64,000 bases of DNA from Paludibacteraceae bacterium (GCA_017937025.1 JAGBEJ010000012.1:132411-196410), one strand, 5' to 3'. Counted from the first letter of the stretch, positions 9,051 through 20,100 are shown. Notes: a model not told the origin generated them from the sequence alone. Numbers and translations are program-made.

Positions 9051-9932
9051 ATGCCAAAGAGCAACTCACTACCAGTTTACAGCCTGCAGAGCTTCAGCAA
9101 GAAGGACAAAGGCGGCAGAGCCTTCCAGGCCGAGGTGTTCGACGCCAACCGACACTTCGCCGTGCGCTACCCCCACCGCCACGACTTCTTCGAGGTGCTG
9201 TATCTGAAGCAGGGTTCGGGCTACCACATCATCGACTCCAACAAATACGAGATAAAGCCGCCGTGCGTGTTCTTCATGTCGCCCGGACAGGCGCACCGAC
9301 TAGAGCTCTCGCACGACATCGACGGGTTCATATACATCTTCACTTCGGAATTCTACCAATTAGGCAAGAGCAACGAGAACTCACTGCTGGAGCTGCCGTT
9401 CTTCTTCACGCTGCAGCAGACCAACCCGCCGCTGATAATCAACAGCCCGTCGGACAAGACGTTCATCGAGTCGCTATTCGTGAAAGCCACGCTCGAAGCG
9501 CTGAAGACCGACTACTCCACCTCGCTGATGCACGCCTACCTGAACCTGATACTCGCCTACTTAGCGCAGCTCTACACCGTGGAATCGACCACGATGCCCA
9601 AAGGCAAGGGGCACCTGCTGGTGAAGAAATTCTACCAGCTGATAGAGGAAAACTACCAGAACAACTACAACGTGAACCAGTACGCCGATATGCTGCACGT
9701 CTCGCCCACATACCTGACGCAGACCACAAAAAGCCTGACCGGCAAGACATCCAATGAGATACTGCACGACAAGCTGATACTCGAAATCAAGCGCCTGCTG
9801 ACACAGACCACGCTCGACGTACAGGAAATCTCCGCCATGCTTAACTTCGCCGACCAGTCGTATTTCACCAAATTCTTCAAAAAGGCGACAGGCGAAACTC
9901 CGCTCAAATTCCGCAACTTAACACAGGAATAA
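9051..9932 (+). CDS. AraC-family transcriptional regulator (cupin-like N-terminal domain plus AraC HTH)
   Basis: The C-terminal dual HTH (YADMLHVSPTYLTQTTKSLTGKTSNEIL ... ISAMLNFADQSYFTKFFKKATGETPLKFR) is typical of AraC/XylS. The N-terminus is cupin-like (HRHDFFEVLYLKQGSGYHII). Confidence 0.85.
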   Translation: MPKSNSLPVYSLQSFSKKDKGGRAFQAEVFDANRHFAVRYPHRHDFFEVLYLKQGSGYHIIDSNKYEIKPPCVFFMSPGQAHRLELSHDIDGFIYIFTSEFYQLGKSNENSLLELPFFFTLQQTNPPLIINSPSDKTFIESLFVKATLEALKTDYSTSLMHAYLNLILAYLAQLYTVESTTMPKGKGHLLVKKFYQLIEENYQNNYNVNQYADMLHVSPTYLTQTTKSLTGKTSNEILHDKLILEIKRLLTQTTLDVQEISAMLNFADQSYFTKFFKKATGETPLKFRNLTQE

Positions 9933-9958
9933 ACACCCGCAAAAACCGCGGTGTTTTG
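9932..9958 (+). terminator. Probable terminator after the araC-family gene
   Basis: AACACC..GC / GC..GGTGTT imperfect hairpin followed by TTTTG. Confidence 0.45.
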
Positions 9959-10070
9959 AAAATTACCATTTTTTATAAGAGATTTCATAATAAGGCTCAT
10001 TTTTATTGCCTTACTTTGCGGTATTCATTGAAAGAAAATGACAATCTAATATTTTATAAACTTAATAAAC

Positions 10071-11555
10071 ATGGCAAATTATTTTGACACACTCTCATTG
10101 AGAGGCAAGCTGGAGCAGCTTGGAAAGTGCGAGTTCATGAGCCGCGACGAGTTCAAGGACGGAGTTAACGCTCTCAAGGGCAAGAAAATCGTTATCGTGG
10201 GCTGCGGCGCACAGGGTTTGAACCAAGGTCTTAACATGAGAGACTCAGGTCTTGACATCTCTTACGCACTCCGCGAGAGCGCAATCAAGGAGAAGCGCGC
10301 TTCTTACAAGAACGCTACAGAGAACGGCTTCAAGGTAGGAACTTACGAGGAGCTCATCCCAACAGCTGACCTCGTGCTGAACCTTACTCCAGACAAACAG
10401 CACCACAACGTTATCAAGAGCATCATGCCGCTGATGAAGAAGGGCGCGGCTCTCTCATACTCACACGGTTTCAACATCGTCGAGGAGTTCGAGCAGATCC
10501 GCAAGGACATCACTGTAATCATGGTTGCGCCTAAGTGCCCAGGTTCAGAGGTAAGAAACGAGTATGTTCGTGGATTCGGCGTGCCTACACTGCTGGCTGT
10601 TCACCCAGACAACGACCCTGAAGGAAAGGGATGGGCATGGGTTAAGGCTTACGCTGCTGCAACAGGCGGCCACCGTGCAGGATGTCTCCGTTCTTCATTC
10701 GTAGCCGAGGTTAAGTCAGACCTCATGGGCGAGCAGACAATCCTCTGCGGTATGCTCCAGACAGGTTCGCTCCTCTGCTTCGACAAGATGGTGGAGAAGG
10801 GCATCGACCCTAAGTACGCTTCTAAGCTGATTCAGTACGGATGGGAGATCATCGGCGAGGCTCTGAAGTTCGGCGGTGTAACCAACATGATGGACCGTCT
10901 TTCTAACCCTGCAAAGATCAAGTGCTTCAAGCTCAAGAACGAGATGAAGGACATCATGCGTCCACTGTACCAGAAGCACATGGACGACATCATGTCAGGC
11001 GAATTCTCAAAGACTATGATGGAAGACTGGGCTAACGACGACGTCAAGCTGCTGACTTGGAGAAAGCAGACTGGCGAGACAGCATTCGAGAAGACTCCTA
11101 ACACAGACCAGCACATTTCTGAGCAGGAGCACTTCGACAACGCAGTTCTGATGGTGGCTATGGTTGCCGCTGGCGTTGAGCTCGCATTCGAGACAATGAC
11201 CGCTTCAGGCATCAAGCCAGAGTCAGCATACTACGAGTCACTCCACGAGGTGCCATTGATCGCTAACACAATCGCCCGCAAGAAGCTCTACGAGATGAAC
11301 CGCATCATCTCCGACACTGCTGAGTACGGCTGCTACCTGTTCGACAACGCTTGCCGTCCATTGTTGAAGGACTTCATGGCTAAGATCGACGTTGACGTGA
11401 TAGGCAAGAATTACAACGAGGGCAAGGATGGTTCAGTTGACAACATGGAGCTCGTTCAGGTTAACGAAGCAATCCGCAACCACCCTATCGAAATCGTAGG
11501 ACGCAAGCTTCGTGGCTACATGTCAGACATGAAGAAGATCACTTTCGGAGAGTAA
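10071..11555 (+). CDS. ilvC: Ketol-acid reductoisomerase, long (class II) form
   Basis: 494 aa. The N-terminus [28 protein letters not shown]...[32 protein letters not shown] is nearly collinear with E. coli IlvC as I remember it. Other matching blocks are [16 protein letters not shown] and [22 protein letters not shown]. Confidence 0.95.
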   Translation: MANYFDTLSLRGKLEQLGKCEFMSRDEFKDGVNALKGKKIVIVGCGAQGLNQGLNMRDSGLDISYALRESAIKEKRASYKNATENGFKVGTYEELIPTADLVLNLTPDKQHHNVIKSIMPLMKKGAALSYSHGFNIVEEFEQIRKDITVIMVAPKCPGSEVRNEYVRGFGVPTLLAVHPDNDPEGKGWAWVKAYAAATGGHRAGCLRSSFVAEVKSDLMGEQTILCGMLQTGSLLCFDKMVEKGIDPKYASKLIQYGWEIIGEALKFGGVTNMMDRLSNPAKIKCFKLKNEMKDIMRPLYQKHMDDIMSGEFSKTMMEDWANDDVKLLTWRKQTGETAFEKTPNTDQHISEQEHFDNAVLMVAMVAAGVELAFETMTASGIKPESAYYESLHEVPLIANTIARKKLYEMNRIISDTAEYGCYLFDNACRPLLKDFMAKIDVDVIGKNYNEGKDGSVDNMELVQVNEAIRNHPIEIVGRKLRGYMSDMKKITFGE

Positions 11556-11582
11556 TTCAACGAAACTGAAATACAGAGAAAA

Positions 11583-11610
11583 GGATGACGCAGTTGCGTC
11601 ATCCTTTTTT
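11583..11610 (+). terminator. Rho-independent terminator of ilvC
   Basis: GGATGACGC-AGTT-GCGTCATCC perfect 9-bp stem followed by TTTTTT. Confidence 0.85.
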
Positions 11611-11637
11611 ATTGCCCCCTGCCAAGCTATTTTTCTT

Positions 11638-11645
11638 TATCTTTG
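11638..11645 (+). promoter_or_regulatory. -7 promoter box TATCTTTG ahead of rsmE
   Basis: TAnnTTTG match. It overlaps the ORF-track start at 11643, supporting ATG 11664 as the true start. Confidence 0.5.
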
Positions 11646-11663
11646 CCACAAAACGTAACCACC

Positions 11664-12377
11664 ATGCTTCAAGACAAGATATTCTACACTCCGGACATAA
11701 CGCCCAACGACAAGACACACACGCTGCCTCAGGAAGAATCGCAACACGCCGTCAAGGTGCTGCGCATGACATCGGGCGACCGCATCTCGCTTGTGGACGG
11801 GCAAGGCAATGCCTACGACGCCGTCATCACCAATCCGCACCAGAAGCGATGCGAGGTGGAGATACTGTCGGTGGAGAGCAACGTGGGCGCGCACCCCTAC
11901 CGACTGCACATAGCCATAGCGCCGACCAAGCTCAACGAGCGCATGGAGTGGTTTCTGGAGAAATGCACCGAGATAGGCATCGACGAGATAACACCGATAC
12001 TCACGGCACACTCCGAGCGTAAGGAACTGAAGAACGAGCGCATGGAGAAGATAATCGTGGCGGCGATGAAGCAGAGCCAGAAGGCGTTCAAGCCGGTGCT
12101 GAACGAGATGACTCCGGTCAAGAAGCTCATCGAGCAAGCCACCGAGCAGCAAAAGTTCATCTGCCACTGCCATCCGGGCGACAAAACGCCGCTGAAGGAC
12201 TGCGCCAAAGGCGGAAGCGTGCTGGTGCTGATAGGTCCGGAGGGCGATTTTTCGGAGGACGAGGTAGCGCTCGCCGAGAGCAAAGGCTTCAAGCCATGCT
12301 CATTAGGCGCGTCACGTCTGCGCACCGAGACTGCCGGCATTGCCGCTTGCCACACAGTGGAGCTGATAAACGAATAA
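11664..12377 (+). CDS. rsmE: 16S rRNA (uracil1498-N3)-methyltransferase
   Basis: RsmE pattern: N-terminal PUA-like region (HAVKVLRMTSGDRISLVDGQGNAYDAVI) and a SPOUT C-terminus (LIGPEGDFSEDEV...SLGASRLRTETAGIAA). Confidence 0.85.
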   Translation: MLQDKIFYTPDITPNDKTHTLPQEESQHAVKVLRMTSGDRISLVDGQGNAYDAVITNPHQKRCEVEILSVESNVGAHPYRLHIAIAPTKLNERMEWFLEKCTEIGIDEITPILTAHSERKELKNERMEKIIVAAMKQSQKAFKPVLNEMTPVKKLIEQATEQQKFICHCHPGDKTPLKDCAKGGSVLVLIGPEGDFSEDEVALAESKGFKPCSLGASRLRTETAGIAACHTVELINE

Positions 12378-12405
12378 TCAAAAGGCAAAAAAACGGCGTT
12401 TTTTA

Positions 12406-12419
12406 TGCTGTAAAACATT
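12406..12419. promoter_or_regulatory. Half-site copy (ATGCTGTAAAACAT) of the palindromic motif shared by the giant-protein promoters
   Basis: It matches one arm of the 27-bp element at 16990, 21579 and 53081. It lies 44 nt upstream of a -7 box. Confidence 0.4.
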
Positions 12420-12463
12420 GTGTAAAAGAATATGAAACGCCTATAAAAACGGATTTAGTTTGC

Positions 12464-12471
12464 TATCTTTG
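12464..12471 (+). promoter_or_regulatory. -7 promoter box TATCTTTG ahead of the first pectate-lyase-like gene
   Basis: TAnnTTTG match 35 nt upstream of ATG 12507. It overlaps the GTG 12471 used by the ORF track. Confidence 0.5.
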
Positions 12472-12506
12472 TGCTGATATGGGCTTTCCCCAACCAACAG
12501 CACAAC

Positions 12507-14453
12507 ATGATGACTAACTTTAAACACATAATCGCAGCTTCGGCGATTTTAATCACATCACTCACAGCAAACACATACGCTGCAACACGCCCTGCACTCG
12601 AGAACACTCCTGTGGGATTCGGCGCGGCTGGCGCTACTGGAACTTACGGAATCCCTGTTTGCAACCTCGATGGAACATTCGGAGCACCAACCGGATTCTC
12701 AATCTACACTTGTTCTTCTCTTGAAGAAATCAACTCACACAAGGCGAACAACACAATCATCCTTGTCAATCCTGGAACATACGGCACAGGAGCAAGAAGC
12801 ACAAGCGCAACTAACGACCTTGAAATCAACGGACTCACAAACTTCAGCATCATCGGTCTTGGCGGCGTGACATTCAAGAAAGTCACTATCAAAGGAACGT
12901 GCGAGAACGTGCTTATCCGAAACATATCAGTCAAGGGTTTCGCATACGACGGAATGCCAATCACCGCAAGCGGACACATCTGGATAGACCATTGCACCAT
13001 AGGCGACGACGTAACATCAACCAACAAGGAGAAACCAGACGGCGCGATGGACATCTACTCAAACTCAAATCTGTACCTGACCATCTCGTGGACCAAGATA
13101 CAGAACCACTGGAAGACATCGCTCCACGGCAAGGACGACGGCGACAACGGCTCTACAAAGCGAAACATAACCCACTACCGCAACTATTATTACAACACGC
13201 ACCAGCGTACGCCTCGTATCCGCGGCGGAAGGACACACATTCTCAATTGCTTGTATGAGAACAACGGATTCGGCAGAACAGCTAACATGACAAGCAGCGA
13301 GTACGACATGGCTAAGTCCATGATTTACAAGGATGACGGCGAGTATCTGAAGAACCGCCTCGTGGTTTCCGACGGTTACGCCATCATGGCTACCAACAAC
13401 TCGGACGTTGTGGTTGACTCATGCTTCTTCTTCGATGTCAGATGGCCTATCTGCGTGTCACGTCCATGCGACGAGTTCACAGCCAAGTACGGCGACTTGC
13501 AGTCACCCGACATCTGCAACGGCTGCGTGAAGTCAAGAACAGCAAACGCAGGAAACAAGTACTGCCGCCAGACCGGCAACGGATATTACGACCTCGGACT
13601 GCCTAACCAAATCACAGTGAAGAAAGACACTGTCTCTTGTCCAAGCGGCGCATGCGAGACAATGACCGTTCCGCTGGACTACTCGTACATCGACAAGTAC
13701 GGCGACACACGCTACGTCATAAACCCAGGCATGCTCAACCCAGGCAAGCGCTCTATCAAGTTCGACGAATACTTGCCGGAAAGCGCATTCAATCCTGGCG
13801 CGATAGCAGGATACTTCCCTGCAGGATACAGCCCACTGACCAACGTTGAGGTAAGAGAAGTCGTTTCGGCATACGCAGGAGCCGACACCTACGACATGCA
13901 CTACTGCACTGCCGCAGAGCCTACGCTCACACTGACTTCCGGCTCGCTGAACCAGACCAACGTGACAAGCATAACGCCTATCGTCTTCACATGGGGCGGC
14001 GGAGCCACTGGTGTAAGAATCAGCGGAATACCTGACGCTAACATAACAATCAACGAAGGCGCCAAGACAGCCACCATTAGCGGAACGCTCGTCACAACAG
14101 CCAACTACGTAGTGACGACCATCGGCGGAAGCGGCGAGGCTGTGGCATACGTCGGAACATTATCAACCGACGGCAACACATACAACGTCGAGGATTACGA
14201 CGGCACTGCCCCTGTAGGCGGCTGCGACAAGATGGTGGACATAACGCTGACTGTCACTACAGCCGGAACATACGAGCTGGCGGTATTCAACGGAGGCACG
14301 AAAGTGAAGTCTGTAATGACCAACGCTTTCGGCACAGGCAAGACTTCAGTATTCTTCTCGGCTGAGGACCTCGACAGCGGAGAATACACATACAAACTGC
14401 TGAACGGCGCATCCGTAGTCGATGGACAGACAGGTGTCATAACAGTACCATAA
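12507..14453 (+). CDS. Secreted PL1-family pectate-lyase-like protein with a He_PIG-type Ig domain and a T9SS-CTD-like tail (paralogue 1)
   Basis: Signal peptide (MMTNFKHIIAASAILITSLTANTYA). PL1 motifs HIWIDHCT, PDGAMD and QRTPRIRGGRTHILNCLYEN. Ig-like unit (ITPIVFTWGGGATGVRISGIP...ISGT). The last ~78 aa form a beta-sandwich-like tail. Confidence 0.75.
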   Translation: MMTNFKHIIAASAILITSLTANTYAATRPALENTPVGFGAAGATGTYGIPVCNLDGTFGAPTGFSIYTCSSLEEINSHKANNTIILVNPGTYGTGARSTSATNDLEINGLTNFSIIGLGGVTFKKVTIKGTCENVLIRNISVKGFAYDGMPITASGHIWIDHCTIGDDVTSTNKEKPDGAMDIYSNSNLYLTISWTKIQNHWKTSLHGKDDGDNGSTKRNITHYRNYYYNTHQRTPRIRGGRTHILNCLYENNGFGRTANMTSSEYDMAKSMIYKDDGEYLKNRLVVSDGYAIMATNNSDVVVDSCFFFDVRWPICVSRPCDEFTAKYGDLQSPDICNGCVKSRTANAGNKYCRQTGNGYYDLGLPNQITVKKDTVSCPSGACETMTVPLDYSYIDKYGDTRYVINPGMLNPGKRSIKFDEYLPESAFNPGAIAGYFPAGYSPLTNVEVREVVSAYAGADTYDMHYCTAAEPTLTLTSGSLNQTNVTSITPIVFTWGGGATGVRISGIPDANITINEGAKTATISGTLVTTANYVVTTIGGSGEAVAYVGTLSTDGNTYNVEDYDGTAPVGGCDKMVDITLTVTTAGTYELAVFNGGTKVKSVMTNAFGTGKTSVFFSAEDLDSGEYTYKLLNGASVVDGQTGVITVP

Positions 14454-14482
14454 ACAAGACAGAAACAAAAAACACATAATAT

Positions 14483-16411
14483 ATGAAGGTATTTTACAAA
14501 ATCACATTAGCTCTATTTATGGCGATTGCACCATTGGCTGCATCGGCATACACATTCGAAGACTTCGACTCCAGACCTATCGGCTTTGCCGGACTCACGG
14601 GAACTTATGCAATGCCAGTCTGCAACAACGGCACATGGGAAGCCCCTGCGGGATATACGCTCGTAACGGTCAACAACTCAACAGACCTCGCTTCTGCCAT
14701 AGGAAATAACAAGATAATTCTTGTTGAAGCCGGAACATACGCATCAAAAGTGACCATAGACGGAAAAACAAATCTTACCATTTTAGGTCTTGGAGGTGTT
14801 AAGTTCACTGGCGGATTCACCATAAAGGGTTCTTCAAGCAATATCCTGTGCCGTAACTTCTCCGTGATGGAATACACAGGTGATGGTTTCGACATAACTG
14901 GTGCTGCCACTAATATCTGGCTTGACCACCTGACCATAGGCTGGGCAACAACATCTTCAAACAAGGAGAAGCCAGACGGAGCCATGGACTTCACAAGCAA
15001 TAGCGGTACTGTTTACATCACTTTGTCATGGTGCAAGGTAATGAACACATGGAAGACTTCGCTCCTCGGTAGCGGCGACAGCGACGGAGCTTCAACAAGC
15101 GGTCCGCGCCACGTGACATACTACTGCGACTACTTCTACAACACCGACCAGCGCACACCACGTATCCGTGGAGGCGAGACTCACGTCCTCAACTGTCTTT
15201 ACGAGAACTGCGGATGGGAGCGTCCTGTGTCATTGACAGCGAGCGAGCACGAGTGGGCTGAAAAAGGACATATCGAAGTGGACCGTGAGTACCACGCCGA
15301 CCACCTTCTCAACTGCGTAGGGTATGGCATCATGGCGGCTAAGGCAGCCAATTTGAATGTTGACTCATGCTTCTTCCTCGATGTTATGTGGCCAATACTT
15401 GTGTCAAGACCATACGCTGATTTCAGAGCAAAATTCGGTGACTTGCAGTCAGCCGACATAAACAACGGAGGAAATACAAGTACCTTGGGCGATGGAACTG
15501 TCATAAGCCACTCTAAGAGAAACGCGGCAGGCAACGGCGGTTGCTACGCAGTGCGCCAGAGAGGCAACGGCTACAGCGACCTTGGACTCTCCGACAAGAT
15601 AAAGGTCAAGACATACCCTATCGACTACGATGCGACAACAAACCCAGCGATATATGTTCCGCTGGACTACACAATGACATATTATGGCGTTGAGCACACT
15701 GTTATCAAGCCAGAGATGCTGAACCCTGGCAAGCGCTCAATCAAGTTCGACGACTACAACGCAAGCAACGCATGGGATCCTGCATCAATCGCAGGCTACT
15801 ACCCTGCCGACTACACTCCGCGCACATCGGACGAGGTCCGTTCTTTCGTTGCAGCATACGCAGGAGCAGACACATACTCAATGACATGCTCATCCACTCC
15901 GATAGCTGCGCCAACACTGACATACACAGGAGACCTCACACAGTCCAACTTCACTACAATCTCTCCTATCGTGTTCACATGGGGCGGCGGCGCTGAGGAC
16001 GTTGTCGTGACTGGCATTCCTGCAGCAAACATGACAAAGAACATGGGCGCAAAGACGCTTACAATAAGCGGAACAACAGAAGGACTGCTCGACTACACTG
16101 TAACAACCACAGGCGGAAGCGGAGCCGGTGTTTCTTACTCTGGAACATTGACTCCTAAAGCATGGTCGGCATTCTCATGCCCGGCTATGGTGAACGTAGA
16201 GATTACAGTCGCTGCGGCTGGCAGCTATGAACTCGCCATCTACAACGGAGGCACTAAGGTCAAGACTATCTACAACGGAGCTTGGGGCGCAGGAAAGAGC
16301 AGCATAATGTTCTCTGTCGGCGACCTGGACAGCGGCAGCTACACATATAAACTGACTAACGGCAGCGGCGATGTCGTGAACTCTCAGACCGGCTCTGTAG
16401 ATGTGCCTTAA
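14483..16411 (+). CDS. Secreted PL1-family pectate-lyase-like protein (paralogue 2), same architecture
   Basis: NIWLDHLT, PDGAMD and QRTPRIRGGETHVLNCLYEN motifs. It is collinear with paralogue 1 throughout and lies 29 nt downstream of it, so it is probably co-transcribed. Confidence 0.75.
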   Translation: MKVFYKITLALFMAIAPLAASAYTFEDFDSRPIGFAGLTGTYAMPVCNNGTWEAPAGYTLVTVNNSTDLASAIGNNKIILVEAGTYASKVTIDGKTNLTILGLGGVKFTGGFTIKGSSSNILCRNFSVMEYTGDGFDITGAATNIWLDHLTIGWATTSSNKEKPDGAMDFTSNSGTVYITLSWCKVMNTWKTSLLGSGDSDGASTSGPRHVTYYCDYFYNTDQRTPRIRGGETHVLNCLYENCGWERPVSLTASEHEWAEKGHIEVDREYHADHLLNCVGYGIMAAKAANLNVDSCFFLDVMWPILVSRPYADFRAKFGDLQSADINNGGNTSTLGDGTVISHSKRNAAGNGGCYAVRQRGNGYSDLGLSDKIKVKTYPIDYDATTNPAIYVPLDYTMTYYGVEHTVIKPEMLNPGKRSIKFDDYNASNAWDPASIAGYYPADYTPRTSDEVRSFVAAYAGADTYSMTCSSTPIAAPTLTYTGDLTQSNFTTISPIVFTWGGGAEDVVVTGIPAANMTKNMGAKTLTISGTTEGLLDYTVTTTGGSGAGVSYSGTLTPKAWSAFSCPAMVNVEITVAAAGSYELAIYNGGTKVKTIYNGAWGAGKSSIMFSVGDLDSGSYTYKLTNGSGDVVNSQTGSVDVP

Positions 16412-16417
16412 GCACAA

Positions 16418-16876
16418 ATGACAAACATCAGACTTAAAATCATTCTTTATTGCGGACTTGCTCTCCTCGCCTCGTGCGAGGAATACAAGTCCGTAATTCC
16501 TGATACGGCGGTATATGTGGAGCGGAATCCTCTTGTTGATGCAGACGCCCTGCAGCTGAATGTGGCTGGCGGCTTCGACGAGATAAAGAAAGCGACAAAG
16601 CAGACCGATAGGCTTGGATACGCCGGCATACTCATATACCACGGATTAGACGACGAGATTTACGCTTTCGACCTCGCCTGCACAAAAGAGGTGAAGCGGA
16701 CAGTTAGAGTCGTGACCGACAGCCTTGTCACAGGTCAAGCCGTTTGCCCTGTGTGCGGCTCGGTGTTCAACGTCGCCTACGGGTCGGGAAACCGTCTGAG
16801 CGGCGATGCGCCAGAAGGACTGAGACGATACCGAGTCAGAATGGTCGTGGGCAGCATCATCGTAACCAAAGATTAA
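16418..16876 (+). CDS. Lipoprotein with a degenerate Rieske-like fold
   Basis: Lipobox LALLASC. The segment GILIYHGLDDEIYAFDLACTKE...AVCPVCGSVFNVAYGSGNRLSGDAPEGLRRYRV follows the Rieske topology, but both His ligands are missing. Confidence 0.55.
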   Translation: MTNIRLKIILYCGLALLASCEEYKSVIPDTAVYVERNPLVDADALQLNVAGGFDEIKKATKQTDRLGYAGILIYHGLDDEIYAFDLACTKEVKRTVRVVTDSLVTGQAVCPVCGSVFNVAYGSGNRLSGDAPEGLRRYRVRMVVGSIIVTKD

Positions 16877-16895
16877 GTGTTATAAAAATTAACAG

Positions 16896-16925
16896 AAGCC
16901 ATTCCTTTCTGGAGTGGCTTTTTCT
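16896..16925 (+). terminator. Rho-independent terminator after the lipoprotein gene
   Basis: AAGCCATTCC / GGAGTGGCTT stem (one G.U pair) followed by TTTTTC. A diverged copy sits at about 21486-21512. Confidence 0.65.
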
Positions 16926-16989
16926 TTTTGTATTCGGCATTTTTTGCATAAAAAGCATTGTTTTACAGCAGAAATTCCGTGTTAATAAT

Positions 16990-17016
16990 ATGCTGAAAAA
17001 CATATTTTTACAGCAT
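16990..17016. promoter_or_regulatory. 27-bp imperfect palindrome ATGCTGAAAAACATATTTTTACAGCAT (candidate operator/activator site)
   Basis: Outer arms ATGCTG/CAGCAT and inner A5/T5 arms. It lies 42 nt upstream of the -7 box and is conserved at 21579 and 53081, with a half-site at 12406. Confidence 0.5.
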
Positions 17017-17058
17017 AAAATCGCATTGTGCCCATATTCAAGGAAGAAAAACAATAAG

Positions 17059-17066
17059 TACTTTTG
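17059..17066 (+). promoter_or_regulatory. -7 promoter box TACTTTTG (within the conserved AATAAGTAnTTTTG) ahead of paralogue 3
   Basis: TAnnTTTG match. It overlaps the TTG at 17064 used by the ORF track, so ATG 17127 is preferred. Confidence 0.55.
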
Positions 17067-17126
17067 ACACATTGCGAAATTGAATTTTCGCAGACCTTAA
17101 AACTTATACAAAAAACACAAAAGCTT

Positions 17127-20100
17127 ATGAGGAATTTTCTACTATCCTTCTTAACATTATTGACCTTATCATTAGCCTGCGAGGCGCAGAACTACTGCCT
17201 AACAGCACCTATTGGCTATGGCAGAAGCGCAACCGGAGGCACAGGCAAGGCCATAACTTTGGTGACAAACCAGACTGGATTGCAAAACGCCATTAAGAAT
17301 GGTAATGGCATCTACATCATTACCACAAACATCACAGTCAGCACGCACCTCTCTGGCAGCGGATCTAATTACACATTATTAGGTCTTCCTGGCGTGAGAC
17401 TGATAAACAACACCCAGAACTCTTCAAACTCTGGTATCCTCTACCTCAAGGGTTCAAACATAATCATTAGAAACCTCATATTCGAAGGCCCTGGCGCTTA
17501 TGACTGCGACGGATGGGACAACCTCTGTTTCGACGGAGTGAAAAATGCATGGGTTGACCACTGCGATTTTCAAGACGGATGCGACGGCAACTTCGACAAC
17601 AAAGGCAAAACCGACAACATATCTGTGACATGGTGCCGTTTCCGCTATCTTAAGTCGCCTAAGGCTGGAGGTTCCGGAGGTACAGACGACCACCGATTCA
17701 CGAACCTTCTCGGCTCAAGTTCCAGCGACAAGCCAGACGACGGCACATACAACTTGACATGGGCTTACTGTTGGTGGGACCATGGATGTAAAGAACGTAT
17801 GCTTCGTATGCGTAACGCCGACATCCACTTTCTCAACGACTATTGGAACTCATCTGTAGCGAACTATTACATAGGCCCAGAAAACGCAAAAGCATACATA
17901 GAAGGCTGCTGGTTCCAAGGACTTGCAAGCTCTAAAGTATGGAAAGGGTACGGCGGCACAAATGCTTGCAAATTCGTGAATTCATACGGTTCGAGCGGAC
18001 TGCCAAGCAACTCGGGAAGCCCGACCACACCTTCATACGCTTACACAGCATACTCATATACCGATGCCAAGAACTATGTCACCAACGCATCCTGCGGAGC
18101 CGGAGCCACTCTTATTGTAGATACCGACGGAAACATTTCCAGCCCTTGCGACGCGGCAGAACCAACGATAACGCTCTTCTCTGCTGCTACGACAGCCGAG
18201 CAGAACGTACAGGAAGGCGATGCAATAACAAGCATAGTATATACATACGGCGGCAGCGCGAACGCATTCGAGATAACATACAAAGCAAATGGTTCGACAG
18301 TCAGCAAACCGTCTTGGCTGACAGCCAACACAAGCGGCAACAAGGTTACATTCAGCGGCACTCCTACGACAATAGGAAGCGCCAACACGACCTACACAAT
18401 CCGCATAAACTCTACCGACGGAAGCAGTGACTCCGAGGTGCTGACTGCGACTATAGCGGTGACTCCTCTCACTCCTGGTACATTGGTGAAGACTTCCGGC
18501 TCTAACACACAGACCATCTACAAAGACCAGCCTATATCCAACATTGTATATACATACGGCGGCGGAGCGACCGGAGCGACAGTTACGGGTCTGCCAAGCG
18601 GTGTGGAGTACACAATCGACGCTTCGGGACGCATAACCATAAGCGGAACTGCGACTGTGGCTGGCACATACAACTACACTGTCAGCACTACCGGAGGCTC
18701 AAGCCAAACATCACTGACCGGAACAATAACCGTAAACAACCCTACAACCCTGGCAACGCCAAGCGCGACGTACACGACATCCGGCTCGACTGCCAATGTG
18801 TCATGGGCGGCTGTGCCAAACGCAAGCAGCTACAACGTGCAGGTGTGCTCGTCGTCGGGTGCGGCAGGAACTACTACCAACACATGGGATATGGCAAGCA
18901 TTTACACTGCGTCAAGCGGCTCTATTGCTTCAACAAGCACATACAGCGGACTTACTGTCGTACCTAAAGACGGAACGCCAATTACTGTCGAAAGCAACAG
19001 CAAGACATTCTCCGACGGATACAGCGGCACATACAGGCTCAAGACCGGAGGCGCCTCTGCCATGTCTGGAAGCACACCGACAAACAGATATATGTCATTC
19101 TCAGTTGATGGACCTTCAAAGATTACCGTATGGTTCATCTCCGGCGGCTCAAGCGAAAGAACATTGACGATTTCCGACGGAACAGATGACCTTGGATTCG
19201 CCACATCTTCTTCATCCAGCGACCCTAAAATAGCGACAGGTGTTTACACAGGAGCCGGCGGAACGATATACATATATGTTGACGCTTCTATAAACATCTA
19301 CAAGGTTGCTGTAGAGCCAAAAGCGACAGAGTCTTGCAACACATACAACACCACAAGCACGACTTATGACGCTACGGTATCCGGCACATCAACAATATCG
19401 GTTCAGGCTGTTGGCAACGGCATAGGATACATGTCAAGCGAATACGCAGCAGCTGTCGAGGCGTCTGTCCCAGTTGGCGCTACATTGGCATTGTCGTCAA
19501 CATCAGCCAATGCGACAACATTCGAGAGCTCGGCTATAACTAATATCACATACACATACACGGGAATTCCTACCATAACCTGGACAGGGACTGCCTCATC
19601 ATCGACGGCGCCAGCAGGTGTGTCTGTCAGCACATCTGACGGAGTAATCACGATAAGCGGAACACCAACGACAGCCGGCACATACGGATATTCAATAAAC
19701 GTGGCTGCCATAAGCGGCGGCACACCGGCATCAGCCAGCGGTTCTGGCACAATTACCGTAAACTCGGCTGAAGACCTCACAGAACCAACTGCGACTTACA
19801 CTGTTGACGGCGCAACAGCCAGCGTGTCATGGTCGGCCGTGGCTGGCGCAAGCAGCTATAACGTGCAAGTATGCACAGGCTCTGGCGGCAGCAATCAGAC
19901 TATAGGATTCTCTGAATACGAGATAGAGGCATATGCAAGCACGGGAGCTGTGCTCTCAAGCACTCTCGCCATAGTGAATACCAGCAAAACCGTGTCAATA
20001 GTATCAGGAAGCGGAACCGCAGGAGGTGAATCATACACTAAGTACTGCAAACTGAGCGGAGGAGGCTCTACTACCAACTGCGCCCTCAAGGTAACACTTG

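Noticed and set aside
8960-9757. 265-aa ORF (Arg/Pro/Gln/Ala-rich) overlapping the AraC-family gene in another frame
   Set aside because: It has a low-complexity composition and no recognisable motifs. It lies fully within a well-supported AraC CDS whose -7 box and ATG fit, so it is a typical alternative-frame artefact of a GC-richer gene.
16990-17016. The palindrome interpreted as a transcription terminator hairpin
   Set aside because: The stem is AT-rich and interrupted, and a separate GC-containing terminator already lies ~70 nt upstream. The element keeps a fixed position relative to -7 boxes at four promoters, which fits an operator better.
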